Virus genome (UHGV): UHGV-0086135
Source: a virus
Length of the DNA: 64,000 nucleotides
Strand: one strand, 5' to 3'
A program made the position numbers and the translations under genes. The notes under the pieces were generated by a model. It was not told the origin of the DNA. It was given only the letters and a program-made list of their open reading frames with translations, and did not search any database. Positions 1 to 8,092 of this stretch are shown piece after piece; position 1 is the stretch's first letter; each line of letters begins with the position of its first letter.

Positions 1-126
1 ACTCCCGAAGAAATTACACGCTTAGTTAATGGTCATATGAATGACCACTGGGATGTAATTCTTTCAGATAGTCTTAAAGCGGCTATTAATAGTAATGAAA
101 TGAAAATCGCTGAGATTGAACTATGA
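1..126 (+). CDS. 3' end of an early-region ORF (N-terminus outside window), hypothetical protein
   Basis: Frame open from nt 1 to a stop at 124-126; upstream of ndd in T4-like order; product not recognised. Confidence 0.35.
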   Translation, partial: TPEEITRLVNGHMNDHWDVILSDSLKAAINSNEMKIAEIEL

Positions 127-311
127 GTTCATTATGGTGGTGTTTTGTTTGGTTAATTAGTATTCCATTGATTTGTTTAGTATTTACTTTTGTGATGAGG
201 TTATTATGAAAATTTTGAATTCTGTGCTTATTGCTTGTGCGTGGTGGGTTGCGCAAGTTTCAGCGGTAGTAGTTGGTATTCACATTTATTACGAATATTT
301 TTAAAAAAGTT

Positions 312-341
312 GTTTACAAGACTGTTCCTCTGTGGTACTAT
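312..341 (+). promoter_or_regulatory. T4-type early promoter (GTTTAC -35, 18-bp spacer, TACTAT -10)
   Basis: gtttacaagactgttcctctgtggTACTATac; matches recalled T4 early promoter consensus. Confidence 0.6.
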
Positions 342-369
342 ACAACTATCAACTACGGAGGAACAGAAA

Positions 370-483
370 ATGAAAAAGATTGTTAAAGCTATATGGAATG
401 TAGTTATAATACTAGTAGTTTTGAGTATATTCCCAATCGTTTTAATGATTGATGTATTAAACGCTTACTTTGGATTTATGTGA
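370..483 (+). CDS. small hydrophobic protein (37 aa), hypothetical
   Basis: ATG at 370 preceded by GGAGG and an early promoter; one predicted TM helix; inner start of track ORF 235-483. Confidence 0.45.
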   Translation: MKKIVKAIWNVVIILVVLSIFPIVLMIDVLNAYFGFM

Positions 484-490
484 GGAAAAT

Positions 491-688
491 ATGAAGCGTA
501 AACGCAGTGCTTTTACATTTGTTGAATGGTTTTTCGATAATATTTTTCCGGCTTTATTCATTTTCATGCTGATTTTCGCCTTAGGTTCAGTTGTAGTTGG
601 AATTTATTTGATGGCAGTTGTCGGAATGGATATTCACCAAAATGGCTTAAAATCTGTAGTTGAAACAATTTGGAATGGTGTAAAATGA
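491..688 (+). CDS. small membrane protein (65 aa), hypothetical
   Basis: ATG at 491 after GAGG; in frame with track ORF 470-688; hydrophobic core FPALFIFMLIFALGSVVVGIYLMAVVG. Confidence 0.45.
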   Translation: MKRKRSAFTFVEWFFDNIFPALFIFMLIFALGSVVVGIYLMAVVGMDIHQNGLKSVVETIWNGVK

Positions 689-795
689 TGAATTTGCTGA
701 GCGGTTGGTTTTATATTCTCGTGTTTTACATTGGTGCAAATTTTCCGTATTGGATGGGATGGTCAACAACTGCATTCGGATTTTATACTCCTTGA
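685..795 (+). CDS. tiny hydrophobic ORF (36 aa), hypothetical
   Basis: ATGA start/stop overlap with the upstream ORF; hand-translated MMNLLSGWFYILVFYIGANFPYWMGWSTTAFGFYTP; below track size cut-off. Confidence 0.3.
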   Translation: MMNLLSGWFYILVFYIGANFPYWMGWSTTAFGFYTP

Positions 796-803
796 GGTGA
801 ATT

Positions 804-1019
804 ATGAAAATTTTTAAAGATGTAAAAGTTGGTGAAATTTTTTGTTTAGATAATGGTGATCAGTTAATTCGTATTTCACCTCTTAAGAGCACTAGCGAGA
901 AAATGACAGTTAACGCTACTTTAGAAAACAACAGTAATGAGCGTTTCTGCATTGAAAATGATACTGAAACTTATACCGTAGAAGAGTTCTGGGAATTGAG
1001 CGTCGACTGTGACGATTAA
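804..1019 (+). CDS. hypothetical early protein (71 aa)
   Basis: ORF track; ATG after GAGGTG. Confidence 0.5.
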   Translation: MKIFKDVKVGEIFCLDNGDQLIRISPLKSTSEKMTVNATLENNSNERFCIENDTETYTVEEFWELSVDCDD

Positions 1020-1079
1020 TTTATTGGCCGTGTGTATTCATGCGGCCTTGGAGTAGAAAATAATTTAGAGGAAATTAAT

Positions 1080-1535
1080 ATGAAATACATGACTGTTACT
1101 GATCTGAATAATGCAGGCGCAACTGTTATTGGTACAATCAAGGGCGGTGAATGGGTTTTTGGAACTCCGCATAAAGACATTTTGTCTAAACCTGGATTTT
1201 ACTTTTTAGTGAGCAAATTTGGTGGTCCATTTGATAGTCCATGTGTATCTGCGCGATTTTATGTAGGTAATCAGCGTTCTAAGCAAGGGTTCAGTGCAGT
1301 TCTAAGTCATATTCGTCAACGTCGGTCTCAGCTTGCGCGTACTATTGCAAATAACAATGTTCCATACACAGTATTTTATTTGCCTGCTTCTAAGATGAAA
1401 CCTCTGACGACGGGATTTGGAAAAGGTCAGTTAGCTTTGGCGTTTACTCGTAATCATCATTCTGAGTATCAAACGCTTGAAGAAATGAACCGTATGTTGG
1501 CTGATAACTTTAAATTTGTTTTGCAGGCATATTAA
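1080..1535 (+). CDS. ndd: nucleoid disruption protein Ndd (151 aa)
   Basis: Inner ATG of track ORF 1032-1535; sequence [33 protein letters not shown] matches recalled T4 Ndd; immediately precedes stp. Confidence 0.88.
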
Positions 1536-1615
1536 TGAGTAATTTCCATAACGAACATGTGATGCAGTTCTATCGTAACAATCTTAAAACCAAAGGCGTC
1601 TTCGGACGCCAGTGA
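1535..1615 (+). CDS. stp: Stp peptide (26 aa), modulator of host EcoprrI/PrrC
   Basis: Hand-translated [26 protein letters not shown], the recalled T4 Stp sequence; TAATG overlap with ndd stop. Confidence 0.85.
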
Positions 1616-1622
1616 GGAAAAT

Positions 1623-1781
1623 ATGAATATTGCAAAATTATTAGGAGTTATTTCATTTATTTGTTGGATAGTAGCATGTGTTTTAACTATCTGTATCGAT
1701 GCTAGTAGTGTGTTTTCACAAGCTTTAGCCCAGGGTATGTGTGCATATTTAACATTTGTGTTGTTATCTACTAATGATTAA
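1623..1781 (+). CDS. ac: Ac (acriflavine sensitivity) small membrane protein (52 aa)
   Basis: ATG after GAGG; hydrophobic 52-aa product; position between stp and 52 as in T4. Confidence 0.7.
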   Translation: MNIAKLLGVISFICWIVACVLTICIDASSVFSQALAQGMCAYLTFVLLSTND

Positions 1782-1914
1782 GAAAATCTTGGGCTATTCA
1801 TTAGCCCTTGCTACTTTATTGGTAGCACTATATTATGGAGTAATGTTCGGATTAATTCAAGTCGTGCTTTTCATTTCTGATGTTATTATGGCACTACATT
1901 CACTAGTATGGTAA
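1774..1914 (+). CDS. small hydrophobic protein (46 aa), 52.1-like by position
   Basis: Hand-translated MIKKILGYSLALATLLVALYYGVMFGLIQVVLFISDVIMALHSLVW; overlaps ac 3' end. Confidence 0.4.
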   Translation: MIKKILGYSLALATLLVALYYGVMFGLIQVVLFISDVIMALHSLVW

Positions 1915-1918
1915 ATTT

Positions 1919-3247
1919 ATGCAACTGAATAATCGCGATTTAAAAAGTATCATTGATAATGAAGCATTGGCTTATGCTATGTACACGGTTGAAAATCGTG
2001 CTATCCCAAATATGATTGATGGATTTAAGCCAGTTCAACGATTTGTTATTGCTCGAGCTCTTGATTTGGCACGAGGAAATAAAGATAAGTTTCACAAACT
2101 CGCTTCTATTGCAGGTGGTGTAGCGGACCTTGGATATCATCATGGTGAAAACTCTGCACAAGACGCGGGCGCTTTGATGGCTAACACTTGGAATAATAAC
2201 TTTCCTTTGTTAGATGGTCAAGGAAACTTTGGTTCTCGTACCGTTCAAAAAGCAGCGGCAAGTCGTTATATTTTTGCTCGTGTAAGTAAAAATTTCTATA
2301 ACGTATATAAAGATACTGAATATGCTCCGGTACATCAAGATAAAGAACACATTCCGCCTGCTTTCTATTTGCCTATTATTCCTACTGTTCTTCTTAACGG
2401 TGTTTCCGGTATTGCAACTGGTTATGCAACTTACATTCTTCCTCATAGCGTTTCTTCTGTCAAGAAAGCTGTATTGCAAGCTCTTCAAGGAAAGAAAGTA
2501 ACTAAACCGAAGGTAGAATTCCCAGAATTTCGCGGTGAAGTCGTTGAAATTGACGGTCAATATGAAATTCGTGGAACGTACAAGTTTACTTCACGAACTC
2601 AAATGCATATCACTGAGATTCCGTATAAGTATGATCGTGAAACTTATGTGAGTAAAATCTTAGACCCGCTTGAAGATAAAGGCTTCATTACGTGGGATGA
2701 TGCTTGTGGTGAGCATGGTTTTGGCTTCAAAGTTAAATTCCGTAAAGAATATTCTTTGAGCGATAACGAAGAAGAACGCCATGCAAAAATTATGAAAGAC
2801 TTCGGGTTGATTGAGCGTCGTTCCCAGAATATTACTGTTATTAATGAGAAAGGAAAGCTACAAGTTTACGATAACGTAGTTGATTTAATCAAAGACTTCG
2901 TTGAAGTTCGTAAAACTTATGTCCAAAAACGAATTGATAACAAAATCAAAGAAACTGAATCGGCATTTCGTTTAGCCTTTGCCAAGGCACATTTCATTAA
3001 GAAAGTAATTTCAGGTGAAATTGTTGTACAAGGTAAAACTCGCAAAGAACTGACCGAAGAACTTTCTAAAATTGATATGTATTCTTCTTATGTTGATAAA
3101 CTAGTTGGAATGAATATTTTTCATATGACTTCCGACGAAGCAAAGAAACTTGCTGAAGAAGCTAAAGCTAAAAAAGAAGAAAACGAATATTGGAAAACTA
3201 CTGATGTAGTTACAGAATACACCAAAGATTTAGAGGAAATCAAATGA
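1919..3247 (+). CDS. 52: DNA topoisomerase II medium subunit gp52 (442 aa)
   Basis: ORF track; same length as T4 gp52; topoisomerase A-subunit-like sequence; conserved position. Confidence 0.93.
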   Translation: MQLNNRDLKSIIDNEALAYAMYTVENRAIPNMIDGFKPVQRFVIARALDLARGNKDKFHKLASIAGGVADLGYHHGENSAQDAGALMANTWNNNFPLLDGQGNFGSRTVQKAAASRYIFARVSKNFYNVYKDTEYAPVHQDKEHIPPAFYLPIIPTVLLNGVSGIATGYATYILPHSVSSVKKAVLQALQGKKVTKPKVEFPEFRGEVVEIDGQYEIRGTYKFTSRTQMHITEIPYKYDRETYVSKILDPLEDKGFITWDDACGEHGFGFKVKFRKEYSLSDNEEERHAKIMKDFGLIERRSQNITVINEKGKLQVYDNVVDLIKDFVEVRKTYVQKRIDNKIKETESAFRLAFAKAHFIKKVISGEIVVQGKTRKELTEELSKIDMYSSYVDKLVGMNIFHMTSDEAKKLAEEAKAKKEENEYWKTTDVVTEYTKDLEEIK

Positions 3248-3393
3248 GTCCATTCATAGGTATTACAAGCGCTGCATTAGTATCTGGTGGCATTTTACTG
3301 GCGGGTTTAGGTGTTGTTCCTGCCGTAGCAGGAGGTCTTCTTGCGTTCGGAATTCAACGTGTTATCATGATAGTTATCACAGTCATGCAGTAA
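3244..3393 (+). CDS. small hydrophobic protein (49 aa), hypothetical
   Basis: ATGA overlap with gene 52 stop; glycine/alanine-rich TM-like peptide; followed by a terminator. Confidence 0.4.
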   Translation: MSPFIGITSAALVSGGILLAGLGVVPAVAGGLLAFGIQRVIMIVITVMQ

Positions 3394-3397
3394 TTTT

Positions 3398-3427
3398 AGG
3401 GAGAGCCGAGGCTCTCCCTTTTTTATT
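3398..3427 (+). terminator. rho-independent terminator
   Basis: Hairpin AGGGAGAGC-CGAG-GCTCTCCCT followed by TTTTTTATTT. Confidence 0.7.
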
Positions 3428-3450
3428 TCAAAAATTTTTTTCACAAAACG

Positions 3451-3480
3451 GTTTACAACCAAAGCATACTGTGGTACTAT
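3451..3480 (+). promoter_or_regulatory. T4-type early promoter
   Basis: GTTTAC...ctgtggTACTATacaactatc preceded by an AT-rich UP-like region. Confidence 0.65.
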
Positions 3481-3529
3481 ACAACTATCAAATAAATGAA
3501 CTGAAACAAACAACCCGGAGATACAAAAA

Positions 3530-3757
3530 ATGAAATTTAAAATCGAAAACGAAATCGTTAAAGCTAAAAATGCTCTGACTGCTAACAAACTGGTTGTAGA
3601 TGGTATTGAATATGATATCTGTGGAGTTCGTGAAGAAAAACCTGGTGTTCTGACTTTCTTCACAATGATTTTTAAATTTAAAGGTGACACAGAATTCAAA
3701 CAGTTTGATTTTGCCCATGAAGACGAAATCGAAGTTCGTAATCTGAACATTAAGTAA
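3530..3757 (+). CDS. hypothetical early protein (75 aa)
   Basis: ORF track; own early promoter and GGAG Shine-Dalgarno. Confidence 0.55.
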   Translation: MKFKIENEIVKAKNALTANKLVVDGIEYDICGVREEKPGVLTFFTMIFKFKGDTEFKQFDFAHEDEIEVRNLNIK

Positions 3758-3796
3758 GTACTTTATTAGAGCTCTTGAAAAAGAGTGCAAAAAAGT

Positions 3797-3825
3797 GTTT
3801 ACTTCTGCTTTAAACATGATACTAT
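3797..3825 (+). promoter_or_regulatory. T4-type early promoter upstream of motA
   Basis: GTTTAC, 17-bp spacer, TACTAT; GGAG Shine-Dalgarno downstream. Confidence 0.65.
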
Positions 3826-3862
3826 AGACCTATCAAATAAATGAACTGAAACGGAGATTAAA

Positions 3863-4498
3863 ATGTCTAAAGTAACTTACATCATCAAAGCTTCTAACGA
3901 TGTTCTGAATGAAAAAACTGCTGCGATTTTAATTACCATTGCTAAGAAAGATTTCATTACAGCTGCAGAAGTTCGTGAGGTGCATCCAGATTTAGGTAAC
4001 GCAGTAGTTAATAGTAATATTGGGGTATTGATTAAAAAAGGTCTGGTAGAGAAATCTGGTGATGGATTAATCATTACAGGAGAAGCTCAGGATATTATTT
4101 CAAATGCAGCAACTTTATATGCACAGGAAAATGCTCCTGAACTACTGAAAAAACGAGCAACTCGTAAAGCTCGTGAGATTACTTCCGATATGGAAGAAGA
4201 TAAAGACCTTATGCTAAAACTTTTAGATGAAAATGGATTTGTTCTTAAAAAGGTTGAAACTTACCGCAGTAACTATCTTGCTATTTTAGAAAAACGCACT
4301 CATGGAATTCGCAATTTTGAAATTAATAACAATGGAAATATGCGAATTTTTGGATACAAAATGATGGAACATCATATTCAGAAATTTACTGATATCGGAA
4401 TGTCATGTAAAATCGCTAAAAACGGTAATGTGTATCTTGACATTAAACGCTCGGCAGAAAACATTGAAGCGGTAATCACCGCAGCATCTGAACTGTGA
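3863..4498 (+). CDS. motA: middle-transcription activator MotA (211 aa)
   Basis: Sequence MSKVTYIIKASNDVLNEKTA... matches recalled T4 MotA over its full length; own early promoter. Confidence 0.95.
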   Translation: MSKVTYIIKASNDVLNEKTAAILITIAKKDFITAAEVREVHPDLGNAVVNSNIGVLIKKGLVEKSGDGLIITGEAQDIISNAATLYAQENAPELLKKRATRKAREITSDMEEDKDLMLKLLDENGFVLKKVETYRSNYLAILEKRTHGIRNFEINNNGNMRIFGYKMMEHHIQKFTDIGMSCKIAKNGNVYLDIKRSAENIEAVITAASEL

Positions 4499-4508
4499 GG
4501 AATAAATA

Positions 4509-4838
4509 ATGAACAAGTTAGAAATTGTTAATGAACTTCGTCGTTGTGCAGAACCCACTCAAGAGGGGTGGGATATCTGGTATCATGGAGCTTATCTTGG
4601 AACTATCGTAAAGATTAAGACTGGTAAATACATGATTATTCGTGAAAGTAAAGATGCTCCAGTAGGTATTCGCAATAATTTTATGGCGGCGATAAGTTCA
4701 TTTACGGATGCAGCTTACGAAATTTACCTTGCCGATTATAAAGAATTCCAGGAATCTCAACCAGTTATTCGCTCAATTGGTGTTAACAAAGCTCAACAGA
4801 AAACTCTGTGGCAGCGTATTAAAGGATGGTTTAAATGA
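4509..4838 (+). CDS. hypothetical early protein (109 aa)
   Basis: ORF track; ATG after GAGG. Confidence 0.55.
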   Translation: MNKLEIVNELRRCAEPTQEGWDIWYHGAYLGTIVKIKTGKYMIIRESKDAPVGIRNNFMAAISSFTDAAYEIYLADYKEFQESQPVIRSIGVNKAQQKTLWQRIKGWFK

Positions 4839-5296
4839 ACCCATTTATTAATCGTTTAAAAATGCTGAATGTTCCTTTATCTCGTGAAACTCCAGAAAGT
4901 CTTGTTGAAAAATTTAAAGCACATGGTTATAAATGCACAGAAGAAGATATTCTGAAAGAAGTTCCTGAAATCTGTTGGCAGACCGCATACTGGGATGAAA
5001 ACCAAAAGTATCAACGACGAATTGTTTGTGCCGCCAACCGTTTTAAATTAAAAGATGGACGAACTCTTGTTATTCCAGGTGCTCGTCATTATTCTAAAGA
5101 TATGGCAGAAGTTTTAGATGTAGTTAAACCCCAATTAGTTACTCAGCAAGTTTGTGATGATGACCAAGGGTTTATTGATCAGTATAGCAATTACTGGACA
5201 CGTGAAGAAGCAATGATTATTGCAACTTACGCCGGACAAGTACGTATTGAACGCGGTGGTAGTGAAAAAGAACTTTACTCTGAGGACCTTTACTAA
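4835..5296 (+). CDS. hypothetical early protein (153 aa)
   Basis: ORF track; ATGA coupling to upstream ORF. Confidence 0.55.
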   Translation: MNPFINRLKMLNVPLSRETPESLVEKFKAHGYKCTEEDILKEVPEICWQTAYWDENQKYQRRIVCAANRFKLKDGRTLVIPGARHYSKDMAEVLDVVKPQLVTQQVCDDDQGFIDQYSNYWTREEAMIIATYAGQVRIERGGSEKELYSEDLY

Positions 5297-5592
5297 TGAA
5301 TATTAAAAAGTTTCAAATTGATGGAATTAAGAATCAAATCCAGGCGTTGGAATATGCCAATAAAATGATGTCAACTAATTGGGGAATTTATGCCAATGAA
5401 CCGGCATTTCAGTTCTGTGATATGGAATTCACCAAAAAGCTCGTAGGAAAAGATTATGTATGTCCATTTAGTTCTCCAGTAAATGGAATGTTAAAACCTG
5501 CTTTACGCGATCTTTATATTGCGATGAACGAAGAAATGATAAAAGAACTAAAACGTCAACTAAAGGTTATTCAATTTGGCCAGGGAAATTAA
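5296..5592 (+). CDS. hypothetical early protein (98 aa)
   Basis: ORF track; TAATG coupling. Confidence 0.5.
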   Translation: MNIKKFQIDGIKNQIQALEYANKMMSTNWGIYANEPAFQFCDMEFTKKLVGKDYVCPFSSPVNGMLKPALRDLYIAMNEEMIKELKRQLKVIQFGQGN

Positions 5593-5794
5593 TTCAAAAT
5601 CTGATTATTTTAATTCTCTTAATGATAAAGATAAAAATTTAATAAGACATTTTATCGTTGAGATGGGATATACTGACACACGTGATTTAAGAGAACATAT
5701 ATTTGAATGTGGTGTAGCTAAAAAGTTTTCATTCACATGCAATTGTTTAAGAGAGGTAATTCAGCACTATGAACAATTTAGTCGCAAAACATAA
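5576..5794 (+). CDS. possible small ORF, start uncertain (track start is TTG; first in-frame ATG near 5663)
   Basis: ORF track only; weak ribosome-binding context. Confidence 0.25.
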   Translation: MAREINSKSDYFNSLNDKDKNLIRHFIVEMGYTDTRDLREHIFECGVAKKFSFTCNCLREVIQHYEQFSRKT

Positions 5795-5877
5795 TTTTAA
5801 TAAAGCTTCTGTCCATAAGGATAAGAAGAAAGCGTTTAAAGAATCTAATCGCAAACAGAAACATAAGGGGAAGGTCT

Positions 5878-6156
5878 ATGATTATTGATTCTCAGTCTGT
5901 GGTTCAATACACAATTAAAATTGATATTCTAGAAAAGCTATACAAGTTTCTACCAAATTTATACCACTCAATTGTTAATGAATTAGTTGAAGAACTACAT
6001 CTTGGGAATAATGATTTCTTGATTGGAACTTATAAAGATAACTCAAAAGCAGGATATTTTTACGTAATTCCAGCTCCAGGAAAAAGTATTGATGATGTAT
6101 TAAAAACTATAATGATTTATGTCCTTGATTATGAAATTGAAGATTATTTCGAATGA
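5878..6156 (+). CDS. arn: Arn, anti-restriction inhibitor of McrBC (92 aa)
   Basis: Sequence MIIDSQSVVQYTIKIDILEKLYKFLPNLYHS... matches recalled T4 Arn; position next to asiA. Confidence 0.85.
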   Translation: MIIDSQSVVQYTIKIDILEKLYKFLPNLYHSIVNELVEELHLGNNDFLIGTYKDNSKAGYFYVIPAPGKSIDDVLKTIMIYVLDYEIEDYFE

Positions 6157-6305
6157 GTCATAATCTTGAAAAAGTAATCGAGCATAATGTAGCTCAGGAA
6201 CGTAAGTCGTTCAAGGAATTCGTAGAAAAAATTTTTGAAGAAAATACCACAGACCAGTTTACAAATCAAACGTCTGATGATATTATAGCAAAGTCAACTA
6301 ATTGA
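6153..6305 (+). CDS. small acidic ORF (50 aa), hypothetical
   Basis: ATGA overlap with arn stop; hand-translated MSHNLEKVIEHNVAQERKSFKEF... Confidence 0.3.
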   Translation: MSHNLEKVIEHNVAQERKSFKEFVEKIFEENTTDQFTNQTSDDIIAKSTN

Positions 6306-6317
6306 GTGGTATAGTTA

Positions 6318-6590
6318 ATGAATAAAAATATTGATACAGTTCGTGAAATTATTACTGTTGCGTCTATTTTGATTAAATTTTCCAGAGAAGATATTGTTGA
6401 GAATCGTGCTAATTTTATTGCATTTCTGAATGAGATTGGAGTAACGCATGAAGGTAGAAAGTTAAATCAGAATTCATTCCGTAAAATTGTTTCTGAATTA
6501 ACTCAAGAAGATAAGAAAACCCTCATCGACGAATTCAACGAGGGTTTTGAGAGTGTATATCGATATCTAGAGATGTATACAAACAAATAA
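6318..6590 (+). CDS. asiA: anti-sigma70 factor AsiA (90 aa)
   Basis: Sequence MNKNIDTVREIITVASILIKFSREDIVENRANFIAFLNEIGVTHEG... matches recalled T4 AsiA. Confidence 0.95.
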   Translation: MNKNIDTVREIITVASILIKFSREDIVENRANFIAFLNEIGVTHEGRKLNQNSFRKIVSELTQEDKKTLIDEFNEGFESVYRYLEMYTNK

Positions 6591-7247
6591 TTATTTAGCC
6601 CTTCCTAATATTCTGGCCGCCTGAGCACATATTGATTCAAGGCGGTCATTACTTATATGATCATTTCTATACCAGTACATGGTTATTGTTCCAGCATAGA
6701 TATTATCCAAATTAAAATATGGACAACTGTACATGTAATTTATTTCTGGAGTAGGCTTTTTAGTTGGTAAAAAAGCAAATTTTGAGTTTGAATAATAATG
6801 ACGTCCATTTAAATGAACTGCATATTCATCCATAGTTTTATCAACAGGATATCCTCCAAGTGATTTTTCACTTATTGTTGAAGGTAATTTTCCTTCATAT
6901 GCTATAATATCAACAAAATAGTTTAAGTTTTTAGGGCGGAAAGAATACACCGCACTAAAGTCTGCCTCAGATGATATATGAACTATCTGGAGTTGTTCCA
7001 GGGCGACAGATTCAAAGCGTGCATTTCTTTCCTTTTCAATAATTTCACTGTATGTTTCATACTTTGATTGCTTATAGTACTCAAAGAAACTATCTCCCCT
7101 ATACCAAACAATCGCCATTATAAACAAAAGAATTACGACAGCTACCCGGGAAGCAAGAACTTTCCCGGTAGCGTTATCTTTGAACAAGCGATCTAGAACA
7201 CCAAACAGAATACCAGAGGGCGAAAATGATATTCTAGGTGCTGTCAT
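6591..7247 (-). CDS. t: holin T (218 aa)
   Basis: Sequence ...PRISFSPSGILFGVLDRLFKDNATGKVLASRVAVVILLFIMAIVWYRGD... matches recalled T4 holin; single TM domain. Confidence 0.95.
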   Translation of the reverse strand: MTAPRISFSPSGILFGVLDRLFKDNATGKVLASRVAVVILLFIMAIVWYRGDSFFEYYKQSKYETYSEIIEKERNARFESVALEQLQIVHISSEADFSAVYSFRPKNLNYFVDIIAYEGKLPSTISEKSLGGYPVDKTMDEYAVHLNGRHYYSNSKFAFLPTKKPTPEINYMYSCPYFNLDNIYAGTITMYWYRNDHISNDRLESICAQAARILGRAK

Positions 7248-7265
7248 AGACCCTCCTTTTAAGGG

Positions 7266-7273
7266 TATTTATT
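7266..7273 (-). promoter_or_regulatory. possible variant late promoter (AATAAATA) upstream of holin t
   Basis: One mismatch to TATAAATA; location between gene 38 stop and t start. Confidence 0.25.
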
Positions 7274-7277
7274 CAAA

Positions 7278-8060
7278 TTATACTCTTGGACCATATATTG
7301 CTCCAACGTTTTGCCATGTCGGTGTAGACCCTATGACGGCATAACCAGCAGCTCCGCCATCGTATTCATATCCTTGACCACGAATATTACATCTACCTCC
7401 TGCGGAGCCAACTTCACCACCAGACCCGCCGTTGTAGATACCGTTCACAGACCCTGCGCCTGGCGCAGAAATAGTACCAGCAGTTGCTCCTGATTGCATA
7501 TCAATAGATCCGCCCGGTGCGCCAAACGGACGACCGCCGCCACCGCCAAAGGTCAATCTCATTTGTGAAAAAGGAGAATAATACCCGCCGCCACCGCCGC
7601 CACCGCCGCCAGCAATAGCTCCGCCATTATTAATTCTTAGTCTCCCACCAATATCATTTTGAATACAATGACCCCCAGCTGAGCCAGGACTATTGCTACC
7701 GCCATTCCCGCCACGGCCATACATCGTTACACCATGTATGTTCAACTGAACATATTCATTCGGTGTATCTCCGTACATGAAGAATAAAGGAACATCTTTA
7801 GAATATGATACTAAATCTCCAGTGATATTAAACACTATAGGTGCACTACCTGCCTCAAAACATCTATCTCGGAACCATTGACCATTGAAGTTATGGTCTG
7901 CTCCAAGCGTGTGAATAATTTCTCTTGAGCGACCTGCAAATTGACTCATCCAGCAAGGAATACCCAATCTTAATTGACCAGCCGCTTGACTCATCCATCG
8001 TTGTCCTGTTTCATTTACGGATGAACTACCAATCCAACCAGGAACACCAACTACTGCCAT
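7278..8060 (-). CDS. 38: long tail fiber tip adhesin gp38, T2/T6-type (260 aa)
   Basis: Inner ATG of track ORF (track start is TTG); N-terminus [13 protein letters not shown]; several poly-glycine tracts; directly downstream of gene 37. Confidence 0.85.
   Translation of the reverse strand: MAVVGVPGWIGSSSVNETGQRWMSQAAGQLRLGIPCWMSQFAGRSREIIHTLGADHNFNGQWFRDRCFEAGSAPIVFNITGDLVSYSKDVPLFFMYGDTPNEYVQLNIHGVTMYGRGGNGGSNSPGSAGGHCIQNDIGGRLRINNGGAIAGGGGGGGGGYYSPFSQMRLTFGGGGGRPFGAPGGSIDMQSGATAGTISAPGAGSVNGIYNGGSGGEVGSAGGRCNIRGQGYEYDGGAAGYAVIGSTPTWQNVGAIYGPRV
7490..7680 (-). repeat. 38: glycine-rich low-complexity segments of the gp38 adhesin
   Basis: Coding runs of GGN codons giving [11 protein letters not shown] and GGGGRPFG tracts on the minus strand. 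Confidence 0.6.
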
Positions 8061-8092
8061 AATTTTCTCCAAAGGGGCAAAGCCCCTTGTTG

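Noticed and set aside
3806-3812. Consensus MotA box TGCTTTA inside the motA early promoter spacer
   Set aside because: Only 7 bp from the -10 element, too close for a middle promoter; it sits inside a well-spaced GTTTAC/TACTAT early promoter.
1940-3817. Minus-strand ORFs 1940-2161, 2210-2560, 3307-3750 and 3488-3817
   Set aside because: Antisense to gene 52 and to the promoter and small-gene region; the plus-strand genes have promoters, Shine-Dalgarno sequences and T4 correspondence, the minus frames do not.
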